A DNA stretch of 64,000 bases from assembly GCA_001643675.2 (NCBI GenBank), contig LSRY02000008.1, forward strand, positions 930,001 through 994,000, written 5' to 3'. Under the pieces are notes generated by a model. The model saw only the letters and a list, made by a program, of their open reading frames with translations, searched no databases and was not told the DNA's origin. The first letter of the stretch is position 1. Every line of letters begins with the position of its first letter. Source of the DNA: Monocercomonoides exilis PA203 (taxonomy: Eukaryota; Protista; Preaxostyla). Below are positions 46,891-60,605 of this stretch, piece after piece. The translations under genes were made by a program, and so were the position numbers.

Positions 46891-49800
46891 ATAAATATAC
46901 TGCTTTCTATGTTGTCATCCATTTTCCTCATAAAAAAATATTTCTTCATTTTTCCTCTTCAAGAGCCGTCCTATTGTTGTTATTCCTTTTCACTCTCATC
47001 CAAATGCTTTGAAATCGAATTTATTTTCATCCCCTCTCCCAACTGAATACAAAAAATCTGCAATTCACATCTGCTGATTTTCTCTCGGCATAGCTCTCTT
47101 CTTATGATCTCCTCAGAAAATCAAAGGAATGGTTATTTGTATAATCTATCAGATTCTTGGACTCTGAAAAGATGGTTTATAAAAGCATTTTCTTTACAAA
47201 CAATAACGATAAAAAACGCAAACATCATGATTTTTATATGCTATTTTGGAAAATGTATTTCCTTCAAAGATGCTTTTCATAAAAATCATCTCTCCCAATT
47301 CCATCATCAATTCCCCCCTTCGCTGTTTCATTCCACCACACAAAATAATATCGCCTGTCCTGCAGAAAATATTCGCTTAATAATCTTTCATCTTTCCAAT
47401 GGTTAATTTCGTTCAAAGAAAACGACTCGATCAGATCATCCATTACAATAAACCTGAAAAGTTAAATCATTGTTTTATTCTGTGAAATATCTAGCCAAAA
47501 ATGTCATTATTCAGTTTGATGACGTGAATGCATACATTTTCATGACTATTTTGTGTTTTCTATTTTTTGTTGTTTTGCCTTTGAAGGATGTTTTTGTTGA
47601 ATGCGAATGGGAAATTGGGGATGGCTTCTGTGTTTCTGTGGATTTGCAAAAATGCAGGAGAAGGGGGTATTAAAAGCATTCACCAGTTTGGAAACATTGA
47701 TTCCCTTGAATTCGAAATGACTGAGATGATTTCTCTCTGTCTCTCTTTGTTAATTTTTTTGTTGAATCGATAAATGTGCTGGCACACGGAAGAGAAAGGA
47801 CAGAAACAGAAAATGGAAGAAGAAGAACAATTTATGTCTGCTCCGATGCCTGAAATGCTTGACAAAACGAAAATGAATAATAACGAATGAAGAAAAGAAA
47901 AACAACAATGGAAAATTTAATGCAGCAGTTGAAGCATTTGAGTTATTGCAAAGAACTGAATGGAACAAGGATTGGTCGTTTTGTTAATCCTTTACCGAGT
48001 TGAAAAATTGGATCGATGATTGTTGATGAAGAAGAGAATGATGAAAAATCACTGATTGTCCTTTTCGAATGATGTTTTTCATCGCATGATTGACTTCGTG
48101 ATTTGTTGAAAAATAGTTTGAATAAACGTCAAAAAGCGGAAAGGTCTGTTTTGAGGTCGAGGAGCTTTGGTGAATGGAATGCATGATTTCACTTGTTTCA
48201 TTAGTGATGATTTTGCAATATATTTTTTAAGTGTTGATAAATTTAGGTTTCTTCAAAATGATAAAATCGAATGAGATGTCATCAGAATCCCCTCAGCAAC
48301 ACTAAACTTGGTATTGTTTGTTTTATTGAGGATGTTTTTGATGAACAGATGATTCAAAGGAAAACATGTAGAAGAGATCATTGCAGATGGGCTGTGTTCA
48401 GTGAGAGAAGTGAACAGAGAATGGGAAAAGAAAGGGAATGGAAGTGGCTTTGGAAGAGGATTATTGGAGGAAGAAAACAAAATGAGAAGAAGAGAAAGTT
48501 GAAGAGATTGAAGTTATAAGCAGAGGTGGGATATGAAGAAGAAGAAGAAGAAGAATGGAAAAAAGGCTTGACGTCTGTAATGGGGAGTGATGAGCCGCAG
48601 AAAATGAAAGTGAAAGAGAAGCATTCTCAGAGGAATGAAGAGAGGAAGAAACTGGAGTTAGGACTGTGGGAGATAATGATTGCAGCAGAGATGTTACCAC
48701 AGAAATTCATGCACTCATTAACGAATATGTGGAAGAACCGAAAAAAAGTGAAGGAGACAAAGATGAAAAATAAGACAAAAGAAGAAAGAAGAAGAAATAT
48801 GGCGAAGAGAAAGAAGAATATGAAGGAGAATAGAAGGAAATGGTTGGATCAGTTGTGCAGACGATAATTGGCCATATTTCTTGTTTATTAATTCGATAAC
48901 CAGATTGAGCATCAAAGTCAACAACAGAACAGACACGAATAAAAGATGGAGTGTACCTGCCAATATTTCTCCCACAAAAGTGAACAAGAAGCATCAAATG
49001 CTCTGAAAGGGTTATCCAGATTGAGCATATCACATCCTCCTTTGTTATTCACATCTTCATTCCCATCACCAGCTCTGACATCTTCCACCTCAAAGACTGA
49101 TGAGGGCATAGGGATTTCGTCCTCCTCCTCACGATCACTCATGGATGGAATGGCTGTTGATGAAGAGATGGATGAAAACATCGCACACTCAGTGAATAAT
49201 GAAATGTGCGAATATTAATCAATCATTGAAGATTATTCTTTGTCTTCATGAAATGAATGGAAGATATTATTTCCCACCACAAATGGGAATTGAACAGCTG
49301 TTTTCGTTTCATTCATCTCGTTTCTTCTGCCCAACAACAAAAACAGCGAACCCCTCAAATCCACATTCATTTCATTGGTTTAATCATATTCAACACGAAT
49401 GAAGTGGTTGGATATAAATTCTCCTGAATGACAAATGTGGATTCTGTTTCTGTTGTTGAAGTGAATGGAAAAGAAAATCTTTTCCAATTCTCATTAAAAG
49501 AATCATGTCTGAACATTTTGCTAAATATGCATTCAGCTGAACCTTCTTCAGCAGAAAAGATGTTCAGAAGATTGTGATTGATCCATTTGTTTTTCTCCTT
49601 TCTTCAATGACATTTCCATTGTTTCCATCTCAAACAGTTCATGAGTCTTCTTTATAAAATCATTCATACTCTCTCCTCGAGGTTTTCTTCTCTTCATCTG
49701 TTTGCCTTCTTCCACAATTCGAAAGAGACAGAATTCAATCGGAACTATGATTTTTGTCATTCAGATATGTTTGAAGAGAATTTCTCACACTTCAATAAAT

Positions 49801-50676
49801 GAGTTTTCAACAACACCAATGGAGTCTATTTCACAAAAGGATTTCCTTTTTTAATAATCAATTTTATTTTTTCACACATATTATTGTGAATGTGATTTGT
49901 TAATGCGATATGAAAATGCATATTTCTTCGAACCTTTTTTTTATAAATCATTTATGTGACACTTACATATATTTGTAATGTCTTTCTCAAAATCTTCACT
50001 TTGTGTGACATCAAATGAACCATCTGAATGTCAAAGTTCATGTTGTCTTTGCGAATATTCTGTGTTTTTTGCAAGACAGCAACAAAACACTCTCAATTCC
50101 CAAAAATGAACAAATATGAGCCAATTATTAACTGAATCGCAACTGTTGAATCTGATCAAAATGGCTGCAACAAAATCGTCAAAGCACAACAACCAAGAAT
50201 AACAGTTCTCTCAACTCCAAATCACAGAAATGCTCATTTCATTTTCAAAATGCCAAAGTGAATTTTCAATCACATTGGCAAATTGGAAAAAAGAAAAATA
50301 AAAAGAAAACAAGATGATTTGAATTGAGATTTTCTTTCACTATTTGCAAAATCAAATAAAAATGAGACTGGTAAATTTTCAGACAAAAAAAAATATGAAA
50401 AAATAAAAGCAATGAAATGAAATGAATCGCTTAAATTTCATACAAAATGAAAAAAAAAAATTTATTGAAGATGAATAGAAAGGTTATCAAAATGATTCTT
50501 GTTTGAAGAATATCCGAGTGTTTGCAGAAAGTTAGAAAGTCACTTCAAAAGAAAGAAAGAAAGAATAATCATGCATTTCGATAGGCCGTTGAAGAGCCTT
50601 TATTGAGAAACCAGTTAATCAGCTGATTCATTGGAAGCATCTAAAATGACACTTTCAATGCAAATAAGACAAACAC

Positions 50677-51969
50677 TCATGCGGTTTTATCAATCGTCAT
50701 CCATTCCGGTAGTGCACCCTGGACATCGCTTTTCCAATAATCTGCCATCGTATTTCCTTTCTTATCCTTCAACGAATAACTATGTCTCATCCACACTGGC
50801 GGTTCTGTTTTCACAAACTGAATCCATAGCATAGCCATTGTTTTCCCCTCCTTATCGCTAAGTGAAATGGCGTGTCTCATCCAGACTGGCGGATCTGTCT
50901 TCACACCCCAAATCCATATCATTGCCATCGTCCACCCATCCTTATCATAAACTGTGATGCTGTGTCTCATCCATTCTGGTGGCTCATTCTTAACAAACTG
51001 AATCCACAGCATCGCCATCGTCCATCCATCCTTGTTTTGCAGAGTGATTTCATGCCTCATCCAACTCGGTGGTTCTGCCTTCACACCCCAAATCCATATC
51101 ATCCCCATCGTCCACCCATCCTTATCTCTTTGCGTCTTATTATGTCTCATCCATTCTGGGGGTTCAGTCTTCACATTCTCTATCCACAACATTGCCATTG
51201 TTCGTCCAAACTTATCGGCAAGCGTGTTGTCGTGTCTCATCCATCCCGGTGGTTCTGTCTTGTTCTCAATAATCCACCTCATTCCCGGCGTTTGTCCATT
51301 TTTGTCTTTCAATGTTTCATCAAATACCATCCATTTCGGTAATTTAGTTTTAACATATATTTTCCAATAATCTGCCATCGTTTTCTCTTTCTTATCCTTC
51401 AACGAATTACAATGTCTCATCCATTCTGGTGGTTCTGTCTTGACATGAAAAATCCACTTCATTGCCATTGTCCGTCCGCAATAATTAGTAAGTGTAATAT
51501 CGTGTCTCATCCATCCTGGCGGCTCTGTTTTAACGTCTTGAATCCATATCATGGCCATTGTTACTCCGTTATTGTTGCGAAGTGTGATGTCATGCCTCAT
51601 CCATTTCGGTGGATCTGTTTTGACACATGCAATCCATAGCATACCCATTGTGAATCCGTCCTTATTGTCAAGTGTGATGTCATGCCTCATCCATTCCGGT
51701 GGCTCTGTCTTTACATTTTCAATCCATATCATGGCCATTGTCCATTCGTCATTGTCTGCAAGTGCAACATCGTGTCTCATCCATTCTGGGGGTTCCGTGT
51801 GGGTAAATCCAATCCACAACATTGCCATTGTCCAGCCATTTTTATCATGAAGCGTTGTTTCGTGTCGTATTTCCGATGGAGGATCTGTCATTTTCTCAAC
51901 AATCCATCGCATTGCTTCTGTTCTTCCATTCTTGTCCCTTATCAATGGATAACTTTCCAATTTTTGCAT
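50677..51969 (-). CDS. Trp/Met-rich 30-aa ankyrin-like repeat protein (paralog C, 14 repeats)
   Basis: Intronless ATG-initiated ORF with two 7-repeat modules. Each starts with an 'MRWI' cap repeat and ends with a 'TMADYW' cap repeat. Confidence 0.88.
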   Translation of the reverse strand: MQKLESYPLIRDKNGRTEAMRWIVEKMTDPPSEIRHETTLHDKNGWTMAMLWIGFTHTEPPEWMRHDVALADNDEWTMAMIWIENVKTEPPEWMRHDITLDNKDGFTMGMLWIACVKTDPPKWMRHDITLRNNNGVTMAMIWIQDVKTEPPGWMRHDITLTNYCGRTMAMKWIFHVKTEPPEWMRHCNSLKDKKEKTMADYWKIYVKTKLPKWMVFDETLKDKNGQTPGMRWIIENKTEPPGWMRHDNTLADKFGRTMAMLWIENVKTEPPEWMRHNKTQRDKDGWTMGMIWIWGVKAEPPSWMRHEITLQNKDGWTMAMLWIQFVKNEPPEWMRHSITVYDKDGWTMAMIWIWGVKTDPPVWMRHAISLSDKEGKTMAMLWIQFVKTEPPVWMRHSYSLKDKKGNTMADYWKSDVQGALPEWMTIDKTA

Positions 51970-52530
51970 ATCTGCTGTTTATCTAATTTTACCGCTCAAC
52001 GCTTCGGTTTCGCTGCTCGTCCTGCAATATAAGCAGAAAAAATGTCAATCGTTAAAAAGTATTATTTGAAATTAATAATATATAATTGATCATATTAGAA
52101 TAAATTTTTTAAACACTATTAATCATCTTAAAATAAGAAAGAAAATGAGCATAAAGTGATTGCATGATTTTTAGCAGTGTTGCATTTTGTTATTCAAACA
52201 ATTTTTTCTTAAAAGAAAAATTTTTATTATTTATTATTTATATTTTTATTTCTTTTGATATTCGTTCAACAAATTTTTTGTGAATGAAAATGAAAAGCCT
52301 TGCTGTGAAAAATAGCAAACCTGTGAAGTTATGTTGAGTCTTATATTTTCTGCTCTTTTGCATTTGCACCAAAATTCTCAGAAACAAAAGCTGAATTTTC
52401 ACCAATTCATTTGTTTTTTATTTTTTATTTTTTCATTCACATTTCAAATCGCTTCTGGGATGCATTCATTTGGATCAGACACAGCAACAGTTGAGTGAGT
52501 GTGTGTGTGTGTGGCAGAAGAGGGCAAGAT

Positions 52531-53887
52531 GCAACATAATGGGTCCCGAATTTTCTCAATAGAATTAAACCTAATAATTTTCAACTAATTGATAAGTTAA
52601 TATAAAACATTTTTATGTGTTTCATTTCTATGTTTTCTCAATTAAGGTTTAAACAGAAATTATTTAGAATTATGGGTTTTGATCATTGTTTACGTTGTGA
52701 ACGAAATCTTTGATATTTTTCTATGTCAGTTTCTGAGCTTCAATCTCAATTTTTCTCAATAAACGATTCTTTGAATTGGTTTTTTGAACACATTTTCCAA
52801 AGGAAAAAGCCATTTTGCACAAAAGACAGAGTATTTTTTTAAAGTGTATCAAAAATGGTGGAAATGCATCATATTGGAAATGCAAAAAGTGCAGATCAAA
52901 AAAATATTTGTTCTTAACATCAGTTTCCAAGCATAATAAAATAGGGTTAGAAAAAATTCTGTTGTTGATTCTTTATTAATATTTTGAGACACCAAATAAA
53001 ACTGCAAAGAATCTGTTGGATTTATCATATAACAGCGTTGGTTATTGGTTCAGTATATGTCGTGTTGCATGCACGAATTTTTTGATCGAGCATCCAATCA
53101 TTTCAGAGGGACCTTGGATCGTTGTGGAAATCGATGAAGCAATTTAAAGGAGGAGAAAGTACAAAAGAGGTCGCTCAAAACGGCTGCAATGGGTTTTTGG
53201 AGCAATTGAGAGGAAAATGGATGGAACAGTCCAGAAAAAAATGATTCAGATGGTAAAATCCAGAAAAAGAAAGAACTGGCTGGATATAATTCAAGCTCAC
53301 ATTTTGCAAGGATCAACAATTATGAGTGATGAGTGGGCTCCCTATAAAGTTTTACCGGATTTAGGTTATGAACACAAGATTGTCACACATAAAAAAACTT
53401 CAGAGATCCTATCACAGGGGCTTGTTCTCATTCCGTCGAAGGGATGTGGCACCATATGAGATCATTTTTTCAACAATCGGGGTTTCGCCATAAGTTTCTA
53501 CAAGATTATCTGTCAAAAGTGTTTTTAAAGTTGATTTTATTCATTTAGTCGGAATGATTTATCAATTCGAGCCTCTGAAAATACTAGAAGAAGATGATAC
53601 CGAAGATGTAACATCAGATGTTGCAAATTTGGACGATATAATTGAAGATGCAAATTCATCAAGTGGAGAAACCGACAGTGACAGTTCAGGTACTGGCGAT
53701 CGCTTTTCAGCTTCAAGTTACATAGATAATTGAAAAATTTATATTGTTTAATTTAATTTTCTTTTCTCAATTCAAACATATTTTTCACTCATTTTTAACA
53801 ACAATTAATCATTCTAAAAACAAAATAAAGCAAAACATTCATTGGAAGTTGCTTTTTCTGTAAAAAAAGTCGGACCCAATATGTTAC
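52531..53887 (+). mobile_element. Degenerate Merlin/ISXO2 element with TIRs
   Basis: Imperfect TIRs gcaacataatgggtcccga / tcggacccaatatgttac. Frameshifted transposase pieces VEIDEA, HILQGSTIMSDEWAPY..LGYEHKIVTHK and SVEGMWHHMR. No TSD recognised. Confidence 0.78.
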
Positions 53888-54149
53888 ACTATACCCAGAA
53901 GAGAAGGGAAAGATGAATTCCATTCACTCTGATGGAGAACATGCACATTCTGAAGAGAGGCTGAAATGCTGCCCTTGGAAAAGAAATGGCTGAATGAAAA
54001 GAAAAAAGCGAAAGGGCAAAAGAGAGAAAGAGAGAAAAGAGAGAAAAGGGAGAAAAGAGAGAAAAGAGAAAAAAAAGAAAATGGATGTTTGAATGTTGAA
54101 TGTGAATGTTCAGAGCAAATGGATAGGAAAAGAATGTGACACTCAACAT

Positions 54150-54880
54150 CATTCAGAATGAGAAGTGAAAGTTGAAAAATTAATTGTGAAATTGAGAGGA
54201 CAATTAAAAAGTTGGAAAGAAAGAGAAGGAAAAAGAGAAAGAACAACACGAAGAGATGGTGATTGTGATAAGAAAAATGAAGAAGAAGAAAAAGAGATTG
54301 TGTTTGAGATGGATGTTTTGTTTGAATGAGAAGAACTGCGTGGCAATATCAAAGCAGAAGGAGAAGAAGAAGAAGAAGAAGAAGAATCAACAGATGAAAC
54401 ACAAATAGGTCTCACGTTGATTGCGAAAAGAGGATAAAATTTGCTATCTTCAATTTCGTTTTGAATTGGCAAAGAAGACGATAAATGGGAAATTCGATCA
54501 AAATTGTTGGGTTTTTTGCCAGCAAACTGCAAAAGATGGCCCGATGGATATTTTGAGGGATGAAGAAGAGAATTAATAAATGTGTTCGGAGAAATTGTCT
54601 TCGGAGAAATAGAATTTGAAGAAAATGAAGAATTTGAAGAATTTGAAGGATCTTCGAAGAGATAGATGGAAAAAGCGTTGAAGAAGAAGGAGAAAGAAGG
54701 AGAAATGGAATTGATGTGATTGAGAAATCGAGGAAGAAAGAAGGAAATAAGTGAAGTTGAGGAGGAAGAGGAAGGTGAAGAAAGCGATGACGATGAGGTT
54801 GGCAATACATTCAGTGCGATTAAAAGAAGATACACAGAAGGAGAAGAAGGCTTTTCTGTTGGAAAGTTATGTTGAATACA
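54150..54880 (+). pseudogene. Stop-riddled Glu/Lys-rich gene remnant of unknown family
   Basis: One + frame reads as protein-like with several isolated stops. The long antisense ORF 54149..54931 is its shadow. Confidence 0.3.
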
Positions 54881-56022
54881 GAAATAAAATGGACAATTGA
54901 TGAGACATCGTTCATTCATTCGGCTATTCAATTGAATTCAACTGAACATGAAATGCTCAATCAAACAAGACAAATCGAATAATTCGATTTTTCTTTCATC
55001 AGAGCAGACAGTATGACAGAACATGAATCAATGAACTTGTCACTCCCTTCATTCAGACTGAATGCGATTCAAAAAAAGAAAGATGAATTCCTTCCATTGA
55101 AGTCTGTTCATTGTTTTCACCCAAATTAAGAAATGGCGATTTGTGTGTGGCATTTATGTTTCTCAAGGCCAAGTTGCTTTTGCTGTTTCCTTTTTTCAGT
55201 CTCGTTTTGTCTGAAAGAAAACCGCTTTTTCTGTTGTATTTGCAAAACAACTCGCAGTTAAAAAAAGATCATTTTCTGCTTCTTCTTTTGTTGTGTGTTT
55301 GTCTGATTTTCAAAATGATAAGCTTTGTTGTTGGATTGGTCTCTCAAATAATGCCCATTTAGCTCATTACACAATTCTCTCTGCCTCTTTGGGGCTTGTC
55401 GAATTTTGTTCGATTCTTTCTTCAAAAAAGTTTGTTCTGTGTTTGCATCCTTTTGAAACAATTGCCATTTTCTTTTGTTCTGCTAATCCTTTTTGATTTT
55501 TGAATTCTTTCATCTTCAACAACTCAACGAGTCATTTTAATAAGAAGATTAAAAAGAAGGCAAGTTGAAAACAGATAACATCACAAAGGTGTGCAAACAT
55601 TTGTTCTCCTTGTTTCAGTCAGAATTATTGAATCCAAATGAGAAAAATATTTATTTCTCAAGAATCGTTTTATTTGCCCGTTTCTATTTTCTCGTAAATA
55701 GAATTTCATTTGTTTCTTAGAAGTGATTGCAATTCCTTTCACAGAATGCATTTGCTTCAAATTGAAAAAAGACAAAGGAAAATATCATCATAATGAATTT
55801 CTATTGGTTTGATCAAAAAGAAACAAAAACGTTTTCCATTCTTTCCTCGTTCAGCCGAACTTTTCTGTCTCGTTGAACTTTTATTGCAAAAACTGTTTTT
55901 TTATAGAGCAAAGCAATTTGTGTTGAAGTTGCATTTTCTTCTTGAAAGAAAATAAATGATGTTTGAATTTTTCGTTTATTTTGTTGAGAAAAGAATAAAT
56001 ATGAACATGTTATTCACTGAAA

Positions 56023-57487
56023 ATGTCAAACAGAAAGGATTTTCGAGCTATTGATAAGTCTATCGATAAGTTCAAAAAGAAGTCATCAAATGAGCATTTT
56101 TCAGGTTTGTTCATTGTTCTGTGATTTGAAGCCCAATTCTATTTGTTATTTTATCATTTTCGAAGAATTTCTTCGTGAGCTGGGACGTTGCGATGAGAAT
56201 GCACAAAGGCAGAAAATCCTTGAAATGAATGAAATAATTGATGAAATGGAGGAAGAAGAATTCAAATCTGTCTTCACAAAAAAATGGTTCAATAAAATGG
56301 ACGAAATGATTAAAGAAGGGGAAGTGAAAATTGAAAATGCTTTTTATTTGCTGGAACACCTTGGATATTGCATCGTTTTGAATGACATGTGGGCTTTAGG
56401 TTTTGGGTATTCTTCATTGAACAAAAGATTTGAGAAAATGATTATAAATGAAAATGAGAAAAAAGAAGATAAGGATGAAAAGCTGCTGGCTGATCTTTGT
56501 AAAAGTTACGGTTGTATAAGTACCTTCTTCTCAAAGGAATTGATTTCAATCATTGTGCCTTGCCTTCTTAAAGATGCTTTGAACAAAGAAGAAAAGGAGG
56601 AAAGCAAAAAAGATGTGGAAATAGTATTATTGGCTTTATGTCACATTGGGAAATGTGTTGTATGATTTTTCTTTTCTCTCTTTGTTGAATTGATTCTGCT
56701 TTTTTTTATCTATTTTTTTGATAAGATATTGGATAATGAACTGTTTCTGAAAGAAATCAAAGATATTATCCTTTATCATCAGGAACACAACAATATGACA
56801 CATCTTGCCTATCAATATGCTTGGGAGTTTTTAATTAACAGATTATTCTGCAACAGATATTTGGAAGATGCCATTATGAATGAACTGCATTTTGCGAGAG
56901 AAGCAGCAAGAGAAGTTGAAGAGCTGATGAAAAGTGTGGATTGGAAGAGAAAAAAAGAAGAAAAAGGAAGAGAAACGAAAGAAGAGCTTGCGATAACAAG
57001 ATGGATCAACTTATTGTATCGTAATTTTTGCTGTCGTCTGTTGATGAATGAAGAATATTCTGGGATTATCAGAAGCATTGCACGATTATTCAGAGCATCA
57101 AGGGATAATTACAGCAAATTTGGCTGCAGTTGCATTGTTATTTTCGAAGCAATGGCAAAGTTCAGAGGAGTGAAAATTGAAGACTTGCTAAAAGGTGGAG
57201 CAAATGATGCAGTTTTGGAAGAGATACAGCGGCCAACGTTGAATGACAAGATGGTGTATAACTGCTTGGAATTTTTTATGAATGTTTCACAGAGATTGAA
57301 AGAAAAGAAGAAAGATGAAATGGAAGAAGCGAAAAGAAAAGCTTTTAAAAAGGAGATTTTTGAAAAGATGGAAGAAGAAGGATACGAAGAAATCATTGCA
57401 AGTTTCCACAAGAGATTAGATTTTCTAAACAGAAATTTTTGTCATGGCTTATTGTTGAATATTTCTGATTATTTTATAAGTGTTTAA
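56023..57487 (+). CDS. ARM-like helical protein of an expanded lineage-specific family
   Basis: Exons 56023-56104, 56166-56659 and 56726-57487, joined by GT-AG introns, give a continuous frame MSNRKDF...HFSEFLRELGRCDENAQRQKILEMNE...YHQEHNNMTHLAYQYAWEFL...EKMEEEGYEE. Two decayed paralogs are in the window. Confidence 0.8.
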
Positions 57488-57669
57488 GGAAACGAAATAC
57501 ATTACACCTTGAAAAACAAATTTTTCACTTTTTTCATTTTATCACAAAAAATCATGTGAATATTTTTAATTGTTTATTTTTCCCAACTTCAAAAAAGAAA
57601 AAAGAAAAAGAAAGATATATTCAATTAATGGTTCAATTCTCTCTTTTCTCATCAAAAGCCTTCTTCAAA

Positions 57670-59088
57670 TGATTTATCGGCAAATTAAAAGAATATCGGA
57701 ACTTTCAAATTATGATTATTCTTGTTTCTATTGATTTCTTTTGTGTTTATAAAGTATTGAAATGTGAAAAAATTTGTCGGAAAACGTTTAAAAAAACTTT
57801 CAATAATTTTTTATTCAAGCTGATCAAATGAAAATTTCTGCTTATTCATCAGAATAATTAGAAGCATCCTCTCCGTCATCAACGCTATTTGAATCTTCTT
57901 CTTTTTCATCATCACGCGGCCCATGCAGTATATCGTCAGCATCAGGAATTTCTTCATTTTCTGAAAAATCAACTTCTTCATCAGCAATAATGGGTTTTTC
58001 TTCTGGAATAAAATGAATCATTTTTTGCAAAATATTAGCAAAACTTGGTTTAAGATTCCTTTGAACAAGCCACATGGATAAACAATCAGCAATGAATGTT
58101 TTCCTTACTCCATGCTTTGGAAAAAAACGCTCTTAAATGACTCCACAACCCTTCAACTGTATTGGTACATGCGCCGGTTTCTGGATCTTTGAAGTTCCTT
58201 TTATGACAAACCGTTATATGTTCATAACCAATATCTTTCAGACAATTATAGCTTTTCCATTCATCACTAATAATTGTTGTGCCTGCTAATATCCTTTCTT
58301 GAATAATAGGGATCAATGTTTCTTTTTTCCTGTCTGGCACGATGATAACAAAATTTGTTACAGCTCCTCCTCCTTCCTTCATCTCAACTCCTCCGAAAAT
58401 CCACAGCAAATCCTTCTTTCTTCCTCTTCCATATTTCCTTCTCCTCCAAACAGCCTCATCTATTTCGACGTATTTTCCCGGTCCTCCTAATTTCGGCATC
58501 GTTTCGTTCCAAATTTGTGTACACACAACTCTCACAACGCTTGTCCAGTAACCAATAGTTCGATATGAAACACCCGTCAGCAAATGAATTTGTTTTAATC
58601 CAATTCCAATCCAATAGTACAATAGAATCTGCAAAACAATATTTATTGGTAGTTTCATTTTGGAAAATACGGAATTTTTAAATATTGAGGTTTTTTGTAC
58701 GGCAAGTTTGACACCAAAGATATTTGAAACCTTCTGTTTCCTCCCTGATTCTCCTTTTGCTTCTGCATTTAGGGCAATCATTGGTAGCGAACTCTTGAAA
58801 ACGTTTAAAAAACCAATTCCACGTTTCTCCTATATCATGGAAGATCGTATTCTATAGAAATACTGTTTGACTATTTTTTTCCTCTTCAGATCTTGCCATA
58901 AAACTTTTTTGATCATAAACCATAGATTATAATTTTTTTGACTTTTCCATGTTTTTTTAAACTTCTTAAAAAGACTTTCCGAAAGCTGAAAATTTGCATA
59001 TTGAATCAATATATAATATAAATGACTTTCACTATTTTTTTGTGCAAAATTGAGAGTTCCAATATACTTTCATTTTGCCGATTTATCC
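57670..59088 (-). mobile_element. Merlin/ISXO2 element with near-complete DDE transposase
   Basis: ORF 58086..58781 has VEIDEA, ISDEW and NTVEGLWSHLR, and frameshifts into 57842..58075. ~40-bp imperfect TIRs: tgatttatcggcaaattaaaagaatatcggaact at 57670, and ggataaatcggcaaaatgaaagtatattggaact as the reverse complement ending at 59088. Confidence 0.85.
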
Positions 59089-60605
59089 ATTCATCTAATT
59101 CATAAAAAATCAAAAACATTCATTTGTTCATTCATCAACTTGAAAAGTCTCTTTTCTGATCCTTTGAGGAGTTTATTATCCTTCAGATTCTTCTCTTTCT
59201 TTTCCTTGTTTCATAAGATCTCATTGAAACTGAAGATGAGAAATTAAAACCTTGCAGTCAAATAAAAAGTTTCAAAGACGAACACAAATGGAAAGACGAA
59301 GATGCTTTCTTTTTGGCTATTGGAGAGTTGAAAGCCTCTTCTCATCCAAAAATGTCCTCTTTCTCTTTCCCATTTTCTCGTTCTGTTTCGTCTTCCAATG
59401 CGCCTTGGCAAACAGTCATTAAGAATATAGCATTCACAGTGAATTCCATATGAGCAAGAGAAAAGAAGACTTCACAAGGAATGAATAAATGGAAGAAGAA
59501 GTTATTAAATAGAAATGATCAAGATGTTGAAGAAAGACGATGAAGGATTTGAAGAAAAAGAAGAAGACAGAGAAGAAGAAGAAGAAGAGCAGTTGGTTTC
59601 CCTTGCTGTGAAGTTGACTCAAGCAAGTGGAAGATGACTGTGCTTTTTCTGCAATCAGTCTCCAATCAGTGAAATGATGTATGCAAATGAAAGTATTTGA
59701 TAAAAGATGAAATAACAAAATGTTCCCTTTCATGCCAGGTGAATATGTTATTATTGGTGCTTTTTGGCTTTTCTTGACTCGCAAACTGGATTAAGTGGCA
59801 ATAACAAGCAAAAAAAGAAAATTCCTCTCCAGAAAGTTCATTGTGAAGTCTCAGAAACAAGCAGGTCAAGAATGGACCACTTCAACCTCCAAAGGAGAAA
59901 AGTAGCTTTTCCTTTCTCTTCTTCCATCCTTTCTCGATTTGATTTCATTTATTTTTGTTTGAGAGTGAACGTCAGACAAATCCTGCTTTCATGCGCGTTC
60001 ACTTGCCTTTGCCTGTGTAGCAGAAAAGAAACAGAATATCAGCTAGTCTTAACTGTGAGTTGTCATCTTTGAAGAAATAATTAACAAAGGGAATTAGGAA
60101 GAGGAAGAGGAAGAGGAACACATGAGATTGTGAACATTGATGTGATTTTGCATCCAAAGTGAAATTGTGAAAGATTCCTAACAAATTCAGTGAGATTTGT
60201 TGAAATGCAATGGAAAGTGCCGTGTCACAAGCAAACAAACAGAAGAAAAAGAAGATCGATTGATTGCTGAAATGAAGATAGATGTTGTGTGAATGTGTGA
60301 ATGAATGAAGGAGAGTGTGCAAGTGAAGTCGAAGTGGAAGATGAGAATGGCAAGAGTGAATGAAGTGAATGAAGAATGAACAATTTTTGTGGAATATTCT
60401 TTGTGTCAAGCAAAACATGTGATTTCAGAACAAAATCTTTTCTCTTCTTTTCTCTTCTCCACTTTTCTCATTTTCTTTTCTTTGCTAATTTTCTGTCATC
60501 CGCACCTTCTGAATCTCGATTTCTATTTCATTCTGTTTCATTCCACTCTTCCTCAGCTTTTGTGAGAGCATGACAGAAGGAATGAAATCAAAAAGAGCAT
60601 TTGCT

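Noticed and set aside
46900-50400. Many short ORFs
   Set aside because: No recognisable motifs or consistent spliced frame; probably decayed sequence, left unannotated.
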